Assembly (NCBI GenBank): GCA_000091205.1 | Contig: AP006502.2 | Strand: one strand, 5' to 3' | DNA: 64,000 nt | Source: Cyanidioschyzon merolae | Taxonomy: Eukaryota | Shown: one piece after another, positions 22,363 to 32,569 of the stretch | How the letters are laid out: each line of letters opens with the position of its first letter | Position numbering within the stretch: position 1 is the first letter of the stretch | Position numbers and translations under genes: made by a program | Notes under the pieces: model-generated | What the model was told of the DNA's origin: nothing | The model's database searches: none | Seen by the model: only the letters and a program-made list of their open reading frames with translations

Positions 22363-24351
22363 GTGGCGGCCTGCTGCATTCTAAAAGCGTCTGAAGGTGG
22401 CATGTCGGCGGTACACGACAAACAGCTGCCGGATGTCGGAGCGCCAGACAGGGAGCGTTGCTCGGAACCGGCCACTTTGAGCGTTTCGCAGCCGGAGGTA
22501 GTCTCCGAGAAGCAGTCTGCCGGTGAAAAGCGTGAACACGTTGTAGACGTGGCTATGAGCGCTGTGAACGAGGCGCGGAAGCTGGCTAGAATTGAGTTTC
22601 GGCGCTCTTTGCAGAGAACACTGGAAGAGCTCGCTGAGGAGGTGCCTATCTTTGGGCGCCTGCTGGCCTTTGAGCGAGCGCTAGACATGCGCGTCGCCAG
22701 GGCTCTTCAGCGGCGTGACGAGCGAGCAGCGGCAGCGCTGCTTCTTGAAGCCGCTGACCGAGGCGACCAGCTGGAGCAGGCAAGGCTGCCGGGGAACGCT
22801 CCGGCTGCTTCGAACAGTGGCTTGGCGTTCCCGTCTGTAGCGCAGTATCCTCGGAGAAGGTGTACCTTTCGTCTTTTTGTCTACAATACTTTTGAGGGCC
22901 AGGAGCCAGCGACGGGCGATGGAGCAGAAGAACGCACCCCCAGCTGGGTGCTTCGTATCCACGGCCACGTTCTCAACGGACCGCAGGTCGCAGAGCTCGC
23001 GTTCACTTCAGTCTTTGAGCGAGTTGTGATTGCAGTAGACCCAGATAACCATTTTCAGCAGGCTGAAACGATCGAATGGAGGCAGTCGCTGGTACCTGGC
23101 TCGCAGGTCCTCGCTGGCTCTAGATTAGAGAGCGCTTTCCCCAACGCGGATGCGCCGAGCGCTGGACCTGAGGCGGCACAAGCTGCCTGCAACCAAGGCC
23201 AACCGCGTCCTGGGCAGCGCACTGAAGCTCAACACCCAGCGGCAGCAGCAGCAGCAGCAGCAGCAACCGCAGCGGACGACTCCATAGCAGATGGGATCGA
23301 ACTGCGCCGCTGCGGACAGCAGCCGGTTCCAGTAACGATTCTGCTGTACCTGCGACGTTATCCACCAGTCTATCAGTTGTCGCCGGAGCTTGTGGCGCTT
23401 TTAGGGGTTGAGCAAGACACGCTCGCCGGAGTACTAACGACGTTCTGGCATTATATCCGGCGCCAGGGTTTGATGCACCCGGAGCGGCCGGGGTTTGTTT
23501 TGCTGAATGAAGAACTGAGGCGCATTTTCGGATGGAGCAAACACGAGCCCACCTCTGCGCATGAGTCACACCAGGAGAACGAGCGCTCCCCGAATCTACC
23601 TAGACCCGAACGAACTGAGGAGCCTATCGACGACGCGTTCGAGGGCTCGGTGCCGATGATGCCGCTTCACGTCATTGGAGAGCGTTTGCGCGAGCATTTG
23701 GGGCCTGCGCCTCCCCTTGAGCTGCACTACACGATTCAGTTTGATTCACCAGTCGAGCATGATTGCTACGATATCGAAATCGAATGGCCAGATGCCTTGC
23801 CGATGGACGTCTGCACCGAGCGAACTGGAGCGGAGATCGCATCTTCCGGGCATGTTTCGGAAAAGAATGCAACAGCGAAACCTCTTTCAGCACCGGGTTC
23901 TGCGGGTCTCGTCGGCAGCGAGCGACCATCCGAAGATACCGACAAATCGGGGGACCAACGCGCTCCGCTGCACTTTGGAAGATGTTCGCTATATGCAGGA
24001 AGCATTGAAATCCAGAAACTGCAGCAGCAATTCGAAGAGACGCTCGAACGCATCCATGCTGCGTATTTACGACGTGATTTTTATAGGAGTTTCGCCAAGG
24101 CCCCCGCAGCGTTCCTGCGTGACCTCATTGTCAGCCAGGCACGGGACGCTCGCCTCGTTCGAGGCCAGTCGGGCCGAACCATCGAAGAAGAGCGTCGTTC
24201 AGGGCTGTACTACCAGCAGTGGCTCCACGAGGCGATTCCACGGTACCTGTGGCGAACGTTGCGCTCGCGGGAGCACCAGCATCGCCAAGTCCAATACGCG
24301 GCAAGCGAGGCGACCAAAGCAGCATCTCCATCGGCATCTCCAACAACCTAA
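22363..24351 (+). CDS. SWIB/MDM2-domain protein, SWI/SNF BAF60/SNF12-like subunit
   Basis: The SWIB domain is PVTILLYLRRYPPVYQLSPELVALLGVEQDTLAGVLTTFWHYIRRQGLMHPERPGFVLLNEELRRIFGW. The protein has the long coiled/low-complexity flanks typical of BAF60. It includes a (CAG)8-encoded poly-Ala run. Confidence 0.6.
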   Translation: MAACCILKASEGGMSAVHDKQLPDVGAPDRERCSEPATLSVSQPEVVSEKQSAGEKREHVVDVAMSAVNEARKLARIEFRRSLQRTLEELAEEVPIFGRLLAFERALDMRVARALQRRDERAAAALLLEAADRGDQLEQARLPGNAPAASNSGLAFPSVAQYPRRRCTFRLFVYNTFEGQEPATGDGAEERTPSWVLRIHGHVLNGPQVAELAFTSVFERVVIAVDPDNHFQQAETIEWRQSLVPGSQVLAGSRLESAFPNADAPSAGPEAAQAACNQGQPRPGQRTEAQHPAAAAAAAAATAADDSIADGIELRRCGQQPVPVTILLYLRRYPPVYQLSPELVALLGVEQDTLAGVLTTFWHYIRRQGLMHPERPGFVLLNEELRRIFGWSKHEPTSAHESHQENERSPNLPRPERTEEPIDDAFEGSVPMMPLHVIGERLREHLGPAPPLELHYTIQFDSPVEHDCYDIEIEWPDALPMDVCTERTGAEIASSGHVSEKNATAKPLSAPGSAGLVGSERPSEDTDKSGDQRAPLHFGRCSLYAGSIEIQKLQQQFEETLERIHAAYLRRDFYRSFAKAPAAFLRDLIVSQARDARLVRGQSGRTIEEERRSGLYYQQWLHEAIPRYLWRTLRSREHQHRQVQYAASEATKAASPSASPTT

Positions 24352-24355
24352 ACCT

Positions 24356-24958
24356 TTAAAGGTAAGAAGCGAGCCAACGAAAGCCCTCTGCATACCCCAT
24401 GCGACGAACAACACTACACATGAAGATCTCCAGAGGCCGCACGTCCTTGGCGCCTCGGGCGTTCATTCCGCGCGGGGCGCCCGCTTTGCCGGTCGTCAGG
24501 TGGTGCAGACCCAACGCCGTCCGCAGCTCTTCTTCACTTGCTGCATACGGTATATCGATTTTGTTCCCGAGAATCAGAAACGGCACATCGCTGAGCTGTT
24601 CGTCGGCGAGGAGGCGATCGAGTTCAGCCTTGCTCTCGGGGAAACGCTCTCGGTCGTTCGCGTCGACTATGTAAACGATCGCATCAACGTTTGTATAGTA
24701 GTTTCGCCAGATCTGGCGTGCTACTTCATGACCACCAAGGTCAAATGCGCGAAACCGCACGTTTCCCAATATGACCTCCTCTGAAGTGGCGTGTTGTGTC
24801 GGAACGTGTTGCGCTAGCCGGTCGTCTTTCAAGACGTGCATCAGCGTCGTCTTCCCGGCGTTGTCTAAGCCAAGGAAAAGTATCTTAGCATTCTTGTAGT
24901 AGAGCCCGAGGTAACTCAGCAAGTTCCACAGCCAATCGAACATGTTTACACGCACCAC
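24356..24958 (-). CDS. SAR1: Small COPII GTPase Sar1
   Basis: [43 protein letters not shown]...[21 protein letters not shown]...[14 protein letters not shown] carries the Sar1 STAR N-terminus and the G1-G4 motifs. Its stop codon is 4 bp from the convergent SWIB gene stop. Confidence 0.9.
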   Translation of the reverse strand: MVRVNMFDWLWNLLSYLGLYYKNAKILFLGLDNAGKTTLMHVLKDDRLAQHVPTQHATSEEVILGNVRFRAFDLGGHEVARQIWRNYYTNVDAIVYIVDANDRERFPESKAELDRLLADEQLSDVPFLILGNKIDIPYAASEEELRTALGLHHLTTGKAGAPRGMNARGAKDVRPLEIFMCSVVRRMGYAEGFRWLASYL

Positions 24959-25380
24959 CAGCGACGAGGTCTTTCGAACCTCCGCGTCTCCAAGCGGGTC
25001 ACACGAATTCGTACACGCGCTGGCACTGTGAAGGCAGACAGACTGCAGTCTGCAGTGCGCGATGCGCTGACGCGCGACGCAGGACGAGCGTGCCGGCGCG
25101 CAGTATGGAGCGGTACCTGAAACTGCCTCTTTATGGACATTGCGAACGTCATTCGAGACAGCGCTCTGTGTTTCGATGCTTTCTGTTGTCCATGTCGATC
25201 GTTGACCATGAGAGCATGTGGTTTGTTCGGTATCCCATTAAGCTCTACATAGGTGCATGCATGCGAACACGGAGGCGTGGCAAGCAATCTTTTCGCGAAG
25301 CATCTCATGAGGTGCACACACTGAAACACACGGAGCAGTGATCGAGCATATTCGATCAACGGATCGATGATGCACACAAA

Positions 25381-25420
25381 CACCCACACACACACACACT
25401 CACTCACGCAAACACACACT
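25381..25420. repeat. CA-rich microsatellite
   Basis: cacccacacacacacacactcactcacgcaaacacacact. Confidence 0.8.
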
Positions 25421-27239
25421 GATCCAGGATCCATGATTGCGCGTCGGTTATCCGTGCGTCTGTGAGCGAGGCTTTTTCATGAAGCGCTACGCATCGAGTT
25501 TCTCACAGCCACACTCATACAATCCGCCGAAGATAATGTTTCGTTTCGATGATTCTCCAGGTGCAGCGTCTGTCGTGCGTACAGCGGTGCTCAAGTGCGT
25601 GCGCTGAAGTACGCGGCTGCGCAGCGCAACGAACGCTGCGTTCGGGGGTGGCGCGTTGCGTCGCATCCCTGGTGCGCTGCGGCAGCATCATTGCTGGCGG
25701 CACGGGCATTCAGTTGTGGCGCTCTCAGATGATCTGAATGGAAATACAGTTTCTTTTGATGCTGAGCGGCCTCGGGCGTTTCTATGGTACGGATGCTATA
25801 TAGATTGCGCTGTGCCCTAGACTGAGGGCTTCATCCAGAGATTTCGGCGTCTCGCTAGACGATCGGGGTGCGCGTGCGGTGCGAAGCTGCAGCTTCTGTG
25901 CGTTTTACGCTTTGGCATTGCTCGTCTCAGGTGCGAAGGTGATGTTGCAGCGTCGGCATATCGGGAGGCTCGGAAATCCTCGCATAGGGCTATGTCTCTC
26001 CCAATTCGCTGGGAACAGCGCCTGCATGCTCAACGGAAAGTCCGTGCGCTGCGCTCAGCACGGAACAGAGCGTCGCCGTACTTCCTGACACGCGAGAATT
26101 TTGTGGCCTGGACTCGAAATCCGGGTCGCGTGCAACGGCTCATGACCAGCAGGTGCTCGACGCTGTATCCAGTATGCACAGTACCTGCACTAGGAGGTCA
26201 TGGATAAATATGGTACGCTTGTTTTGCCAACTATTTAGAGAAGAACATGCGATACAACACTGATGGGTTCGAGCGACGGCCGCACGCGGCGAACCCTAGC
26301 TCGGGTCCAGTGACGCCCCAGAGTCGTTCTCGAAAAGGCCAGCATGGAAGAATGCTATGCTGTGCGCCCGAAGGAAGCAGCGCGTTTGCCAGATGAGTCT
26401 GCGTATGCTGCGCAACGAGGCTTCGCGGCGGAGACCACGTCGCGGTATCTGTCCGCTCCATAAATAAGAGGTTTCCGCAATAAATCAGAGTGTAGAGTTC
26501 AAGTCGAGCGGAGGATAGACTTCAGCGAACGTCGCGTCATGATGCGGAGCGCAAACCGATACTCCCGCATGCATATGCCGCATGGGTATCAGCTCGCTAC
26601 CAGAGCAGCCATATAGCGATGCTTTTGAGGGCGGCGCCTAACCGTCCATCCCCGCTAGGTAAAACGCGGCAGCGGCATATCGAACGCCACAGCAAGCGCC
26701 TACGCTAGGTTCGGCGCCTAGGTTCTCGCTTGATCAAACCGCTATGACTAACCGAAACGCTGATAAGGAGCGTGTCCAGCGCGACATCATCAGCGGCGGA
26801 CCGATAGTCGCTTGCCGGGCAGTCGTCGATGCCATCCATCGATGCGGTACGAAACATAGAAGCGAGCAGACATCTTTCATGACGAACCACCTCGACCCAT
26901 ATAGTCCATATTAGTCTGATTTGGTACTAATTTACACAGTGACGTGCGGAGATCCGCGGACGACAGCACCGCGGCGCGTGACACAGCCGGCCGCCGTGCC
27001 GCGTCGTCGTCTCCGCCTGCGCTACTTTTTGCAGAGCCTCATCGCCGTCGACGGTGGTTGCAGTTTCGCTTAGCATAGAGCGTTTTCGGGGCGCGTTGTT
27101 CAGCTACACAGACATACGCTGCTACTTGGGCACTGCTGCACCAGCTGGAGGATCTGGCTGCATAGTGGGCAGCGTTTTGAAGAGGACTGGATCCCAACAG
27201 GAACTCGCGCGTAAGCTTTGCGTCGTTCTACGCTAAACC

Positions 27240-27497
27240 ATGACGTTGCTGGAGAGCGACTTGTTGCACCCACCGAAGGAGTCGGAGGCGCGGAAGCACA
27301 AACTCAAGCGACTCGTGCAGTCGCCGAACTCCTATTTTATGGACGTGAAGTGTCAGGGGTGTCTTGCGATCACAACCATCTTTTCACACGCCCAAACTGT
27401 GGTTGTGTGCGGGAGCTGCGCGACCGTGCTGTGTCAACCGACCGGCGGAAAAGTACGACTCTCCCAGGGTTGCTCGTTCCGCAGAAAAGTAGATTAG
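27240..27497 (+). CDS. RPS27: 40S ribosomal protein eS27
   Basis: The 85-aa product ...[63 protein letters not shown] is a near-canonical eS27 with the C4 zinc finger. Confidence 0.9.
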   Translation: MTLLESDLLHPPKESEARKHKLKRLVQSPNSYFMDVKCQGCLAITTIFSHAQTVVVCGSCATVLCQPTGGKVRLSQGCSFRRKVD

Positions 27498-27571
27498 AGG
27501 TTTGTTGAACCAATTGCTCCAATGGGCACGTTGATGTAAAGGTTGAAGCAGCTTCTCTCTTTTATGACGAG

Positions 27572-28135
27572 CTAATCAATCACGTGCAGAGGAATGGATC
27601 GGCTTTCTTGGCCTTCCCAGGGCTTCCACTGCGCCATACACTCTATGAGGTCCAGCTCGTCATACGCCGTGGCGAGCAGTTCCTCCACCAGGCCCGCGCC
27701 GATCTTGTCTTCCAGCGCTTTCCGATCGTCCAAGTGTGCTTCAGTGACCTCCAAGCGGTACCGAGTCAAAAGCTCGATGTTTCTGCGGTAGGCAGACTCG
27801 GGGGCCAACGTTTGGACGCGCTCCAAGATCGTGCGGTACGCAGCACGGAGTTTCGCTGTCGCGTCAGGGTCCGGCCGAAGTCCTGCGGGGTAACCCACTG
27901 GGTGCGGCTGACTCCAGTCTATTTCGCCGCTGCTCAAGTACACCCTTGCTCTGTCCCGGGTTTGCCCGTTCCCCGTATCGTTGCACAGCGTTCGGCGAAA
28001 GAGGAGAGCGCTAGCGACGGCTCCCGTCTCGCTCGCCAGCACCGGGATGCGGGCAGAAGCCAGCTCTGACCAGTAAAGCGGGGCAAATGATCTCTTGAGC
28101 GTTTTCCACGGCGGAAACGCCCGAAAAATCCGCAT
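27572..28135 (-). CDS. NDUFA5: Complex I subunit NDUFA5/B13-like (ETC_C1_NDUFA5 domain)
   Basis: The C-terminus YRRNIELLTRYRLEVTEAHLDDRKALEDKIGAGLVEELLATAYDELDLIECMAQWKPWE matches the NDUFA5 signature ...LEdkLGgGqiEE...EL.L...M.eWKpWE. The start is set at the internal Met (MRIFRAF...). The longest ORF extends to 28348. Confidence 0.55.
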   Translation of the reverse strand: MRIFRAFPPWKTLKRSFAPLYWSELASARIPVLASETGAVASALLFRRTLCNDTGNGQTRDRARVYLSSGEIDWSQPHPVGYPAGLRPDPDATAKLRAAYRTILERVQTLAPESAYRRNIELLTRYRLEVTEAHLDDRKALEDKIGAGLVEELLATAYDELDLIECMAQWKPWEGQESRSIPLHVID

Positions 28136-28399
28136 CCGAAAGCTCCTGGCCAACGAACACGGGTACCGTAACAGCGAGAACCGCGCAGGCGTTGCGTGCC
28201 GAAAGGGCCAGATCAAAACGAGAGCGCTGAAAACTGCGCACTCCATATCTTTCGATCGATTTTCCGGAGCTTTCATGAGATATACAGCCTCGACATTCCA
28301 AGTGCGACAATGAGTGATTACGGATTCATGCACAATTTTAGGATGCATGGTCTTTTTTTTCTGAGGTGACTCGTTCGATGCTTTGCCGTCCGAGTTTTT

Positions 28400-29400
28400 A
28401 CCATCACCGGAATCGAGGTGATTCGCAGCGCCAGCGATCGGTGATTCGTTAAATAACCGATACCATCACCGGGCTCATACGTACACGCCCTCATGCTCCT
28501 CGTTTCCTTGCGTGCAGTGTGCTCAAATCAAGCATTTTTCTAGATTTCGATCTTTCAGTTTTAAGGCAGCTCGTGGGTTCAGCAACTGATGTCGCCTCAT
28601 GAACGTTGAACAAACCTGACGTCATCCCTTGACGAGTTCCGCACGGACTCATGCCGAAACTTCGCTGAACTTTTCATGTGAAATAATCGATTCCGTTCGA
28701 GCGACAAGTCCTCCTCTCTTGTGGAAATCTATGAAACGGCATTCAGCGCAAGCATGGAACCCTTCACGGGATATGCTCCCAGGGGTGACCGTCTCTTCTA
28801 TTTGCGAGGCAATGGTTTCGAACTCTGACTTTAATCATCACGGAGATCGCTCGCAAAGGAGAACGCGTCATCGGTTCGCTGGAAAGAAGCGCTCACGGAT
28901 CGGAATATCTCGACTTGATCTTCAGCATGGATTTTGCTTCCGGTACTTGCTCCATCATCGACAATATCGCGTTCCACAAATCGTCTATCGAATAGAACAG
29001 TGTGCGCTTGCGTGTGCAGTGGACAGCGCACTCTCTGAGAAGATCATTCCGAAAAGCCCGCGATCACAGGATGCAGAATCGGGCGCGGAAACGAAGGAGA
29101 GCATACAGGAAAGCCTCCCGTACCCGTCAATAGCATGTACTGAGCGATGAACGACGCGTTCTCGAAGAATAGCGCAGCGCTCCAACGAGGAACTGTGGTG
29201 GACATGTACGAACACCTGACCACTACAAAGTATCACCGCGGCGAGGGACGCATTTGGGCTGTATCCAGAGAAGACCAACCTGGCGAGCGAAGTTTACACC
29301 ACAATGCCTGCCTGTGCATAAAATGCGGTGACAACAGCCGAATGCAGCGAAATCTGGACTTGAACGCAGCCATTAACGTCGTTTGACCGCTGACAATGAA
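28400..29400 (+). mobile_element. Degenerate TnpB/Fanzor-like element, copy E (subfamily 2)
   Basis: ORF 28629..29150 is homologous to copies D and F. The conserved block at 28954-29038 reads SIIDNIAFHKSSIE, which is RuvC-II-like, and contains an in-frame stop. ORF 29147..29386 reads TVVDMYEHLTTTKYH (TSQ-like) ... CLCIKCG (CxxC) ... RNLDLNAAINVV (RuvC-III at about 29351-29383). At least one frameshift lies between the parts. Confidence 0.5.
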
Positions 29401-29830
29401 GCTGCAGTGACAGGAATGACCGGTGCCCTTAAAGTCGTAGATAAGAGAGAGGAGAGGGAAGCAGTCGGAGAATAATCCCGAAAAAGGCTCGTGTTGATAT
29501 TCGTGGAAAGAGAACCCAACTTTATCATGCCCGCCCGAGTTGCGTTCGTATACCCATCCCATTTTACTCGTAGATGGGTACAGAAGCATCCGATTTGGAG
29601 AACAAGACCTTGTGTGCCGCAACATATTCATTCCACGTCAGTGGACACACACACAGAGGCATTTCTGCGCATTTTTCGATTCGAAGATGCGCGTCCTCGC
29701 AAACATTTGCAACAGTCTATTGTAAAGCGTACATAGCCTCAGCTCGCTGGCTAGCTCCACAGTAAAAGTGTCGGCGCATGGACGCTACTCTGAATGAAGC
29801 CACGTATACAGTTGGCTGGTTCGAGTTCCG

Positions 29831-29866
29831 CAGCAGCAGCAGCAGCAGCTGCTGCTGCTGCTGCAG
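29831..29866. repeat. Perfect palindromic triplet repeat (CAG)6(CTG)5CAG
   Basis: cagcagcagcagcagcagctgctgctgctgctgcag forms an inverted repeat with its centre at 29848/29849. Confidence 0.9.
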
Positions 29867-30481
29867 GATGCCGCATGGCACGGCTATAATCTGGGCTTGT
29901 ATCGATGCCAGATGCGAACGATTCTGGACACGCCTGGAGGCGACTCGCACGCGTACCTGCAACTCGCACGCCTAAACTGGCACCGGATATCGTTCGTCCG
30001 CTTTGCCTTTGCAACGTAACGTATCGTCGAGCGTCGTCTTGAAACACATGGATGCTTCATTCAAAACCGGACCAGTCCGTCATAGAGGTGACTCAACGGA
30101 ACGCCCGCAATTCCCGCCAAGAAGCAAGCCTCTGCTGTCTTGAGAGGCGCGTTTGAAGTACGAAGTAGGCAACTATCAGCCGACCGCAGATATGCGGCAC
30201 GTGCATGCCACGCAAGTCGCAGAGCACAGACGACAGCGTTCAGCTCCATCGAATGGCGTCAAGTCGACTGCCACGGAACCTAGGAGCCATCGAAAGCGTC
30301 AGATGATCTGGTGTGATTCCGGTTCCGGGAGCGTCGCCATATCACCAACCACCGACTGCGACATGTATGTATGGACGCTGCGGTGATACGCGCGCTCGCC
30401 AGAGAGCATCCCGCGTTACAGGGACACGGTGTGTACGGTGTTCGTGGGGCCGCGGTCGTCGAGGCCGCCTTTCGCCAACCC

Positions 30482-31111
30482 TCATTCGTAACAGAGACTG
30501 ATCTGCTCGAAAAACAGCGGGGAGCCTAGTGGAGATTCGCAGGGTATTTTTTTCGTTGAAACTGTCATGTGCGGTAAGAGGTACCGAGCAGCCCTGTTTA
30601 ACCGAAATTCTACGATGCAAGCTTCACGATCTTCATGGTGCTCGGGGTGCTGCTCTGGCGGTCGTTCCAGAACGACCAATACAAGCGGTACCTCGTTACG
30701 ACCGGCTACCGCGATGGCTGCCTCCGTAAAGCGTGGCTGCACACAGAGAAGGCCCAAAACACCTGCGAGACCCGTCTTGTTCACCGAGTGTCCTTCAAGC
30801 TCGCGTTTCCAGTTGCGCACGGCACCCTCGAACTCACGCACCACGGACGGTCCTACTGCGCGTTTCAACTGTTTACACTGCACGGCGAGCGCAAGCCGCC
30901 GCAGTGCGACGTTCGCCGTTCCCGACTGCTGAAGTTGCACGCACCACGTCCCAAGAGCGTCGATGCCGCCGTCATAGGACCCACCAGTAAGCGACAAGCT
31001 CAACGTCGGTCCCAGAAGGTTCTTCAGACGCCTTACTACAAGCAGCTCAAACGCGCGCCCAGTCATGATTTGTATGCTGAGCTGCGCGTACAGGTGCCAC
31101 CCCGCACGCAC
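30482..31111 (-). CDS. Mrr-like restriction-endonuclease-fold protein (RRG7/DUF2034-like, probably mitochondrial)
   Basis: GGSYDGGIDALGTW ... AVQCKQLKRAVGPSVVREFEGAV matches the Mrr_cat core G-D-GGID...QCK...G...V..F.G. The product is 209 aa. Confidence 0.45.
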   Translation of the reverse strand: MRAGWHLYAQLSIQIMTGRAFELLVVRRLKNLLGPTLSLSLTGGSYDGGIDALGTWCVQLQQSGTANVALRRLALAVQCKQLKRAVGPSVVREFEGAVRNWKRELEGHSVNKTGLAGVLGLLCVQPRFTEAAIAVAGRNEVPLVLVVLERPPEQHPEHHEDREACIVEFRLNRAARYLLPHMTVSTKKIPCESPLGSPLFFEQISLCYE

Positions 31112-31522
31112 AACTGGGCGTTCAGCGACTAACGACGCGTTGCGTTCGTGATACGGAGGCCTACAGACGACACGATGAGCACGTGATCAGTTCCGGAGCA
31201 GCGCGCACCGCTCGTTTGTGCGCTTGTACGCTCCACAGGTCCAGCATCACGCGTCTCGTCCACAGTGAGATTCAATCACGTCGGACGCCATGGGCAGAAG
31301 CTGGATACAGAAGTCGCTGTTGCTGCTGCTTCTGGGACAGCACCGCGTTCGGCCCTGTTGCTGCCTGCTTCTTACACCAGAGTCGCTGTAGGTACGTCCT
31401 TAAAGTCCAGCAAAATCCCTTTTATACACTTTCTTCTAAAATGACGCATGTGGCAAACGCTGCGCATTTTTTTTGAAAGCCTGCCTCCTCCACGCGCTGC
31501 GCTATCATCTGCACCGCAAGCC

Positions 31523-31750
31523 GCCATGGAACCCCCGGCGGAAGCAGACCCCCGGAAACTGTCCGAGAAACAGCAAGAGTTCGAGTCTCTTCAGCAAGTT
31601 CGCAACTACTCGGCCCAACTGGTGGAGAATTTATCTACTTTACACGATAAGTTAGAACGCGACATGCTGCTACTTGAACAAGCCGTTCGTATGTTCACGA
31701 CACCAAGCGTGTCCAAAGATGCACCAACGAGGCAAACCAAGGGCAGATAA
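31523..31750 (+). CDS. Small coiled-coil protein (weak resemblance to DASH Dad2/BLOC-like subunits)
   Basis: MEPPAEADPRKLSEKQQEFESLQQVRNYSAQLVENLSTLHDKLERDMLLLEQAV has heptad periodicity. No family could be assigned with confidence. Confidence 0.25.
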   Translation, partial: AMEPPAEADPRKLSEKQQEFESLQQVRNYSAQLVENLSTLHDKLERDMLLLEQAVRMFTTPSVSKDAPTRQTKGR

Positions 31751-32569
31751 AGCACCTTGGTGATTTCTTTGATAGTCGTGATGACGTCTCGACCGAAAGT
31801 TCAGCTTGGATTCCGTTTCGTACTGCTCAGTGCTGTGAGAGAGCAGCGCGGAACACCGGCACGACGTGTCAGAGCTACCGCCTACCTGCTTTTCAGGAAC
31901 GCTTCACCCTCGATTCCAAGCATTGAAGACGCAGAACGCTTGGAACCGCAGCGACATATGCACCGTGTATCCGGCGGTAAAGGCCGGCGGCTGTTAAAAG
32001 TCTCTATATCTGCGGCTATGCGCGTGAATGTTTTCGTGTAGCCAACTCGATGCAAACGCTCCAAGCCTTGGGCTTTGTGCGCCGCTCGCCTCCATCACAA
32101 GCCCACACCTTCCACAGTCGCATCTCGCGCTAGAAAGCCCGAAACTTCATGAAAGGACTACGGTCGCGCTTCGTCGTCTGTACCGTGACGTGCGCTTGCG
32201 CATCTGCGGCTCGCCATGTATGGGTTTTTTCGATGACAAAACGTTTAGATTGACCATGGATCCCAGAATTCGGGATGGATAATGGCTTTCGGGCAGAGCC
32301 TCCAAGATGAAGCACCTACCTTCAAGCTCCATTACCCATACCTCCTCTCGGATATACTGGTCGCTTCGTATGTTCTATAGTGCACCGAGTGCCTGTTTTG
32401 AGCACCCGCCTTGACGCTTATACCGCTAAAGCAGATGCCGCACGGAGACAGAACGGCTTTGCCATACCACTGAGGGCGTCGGCTCGAGCGGAGGCGCCAT
32501 GTACGTGTGCTGCACCTTCACGCGACACCATGCGTAAACCACGACGCTGGCATAGCGGAACCCAGCGTC

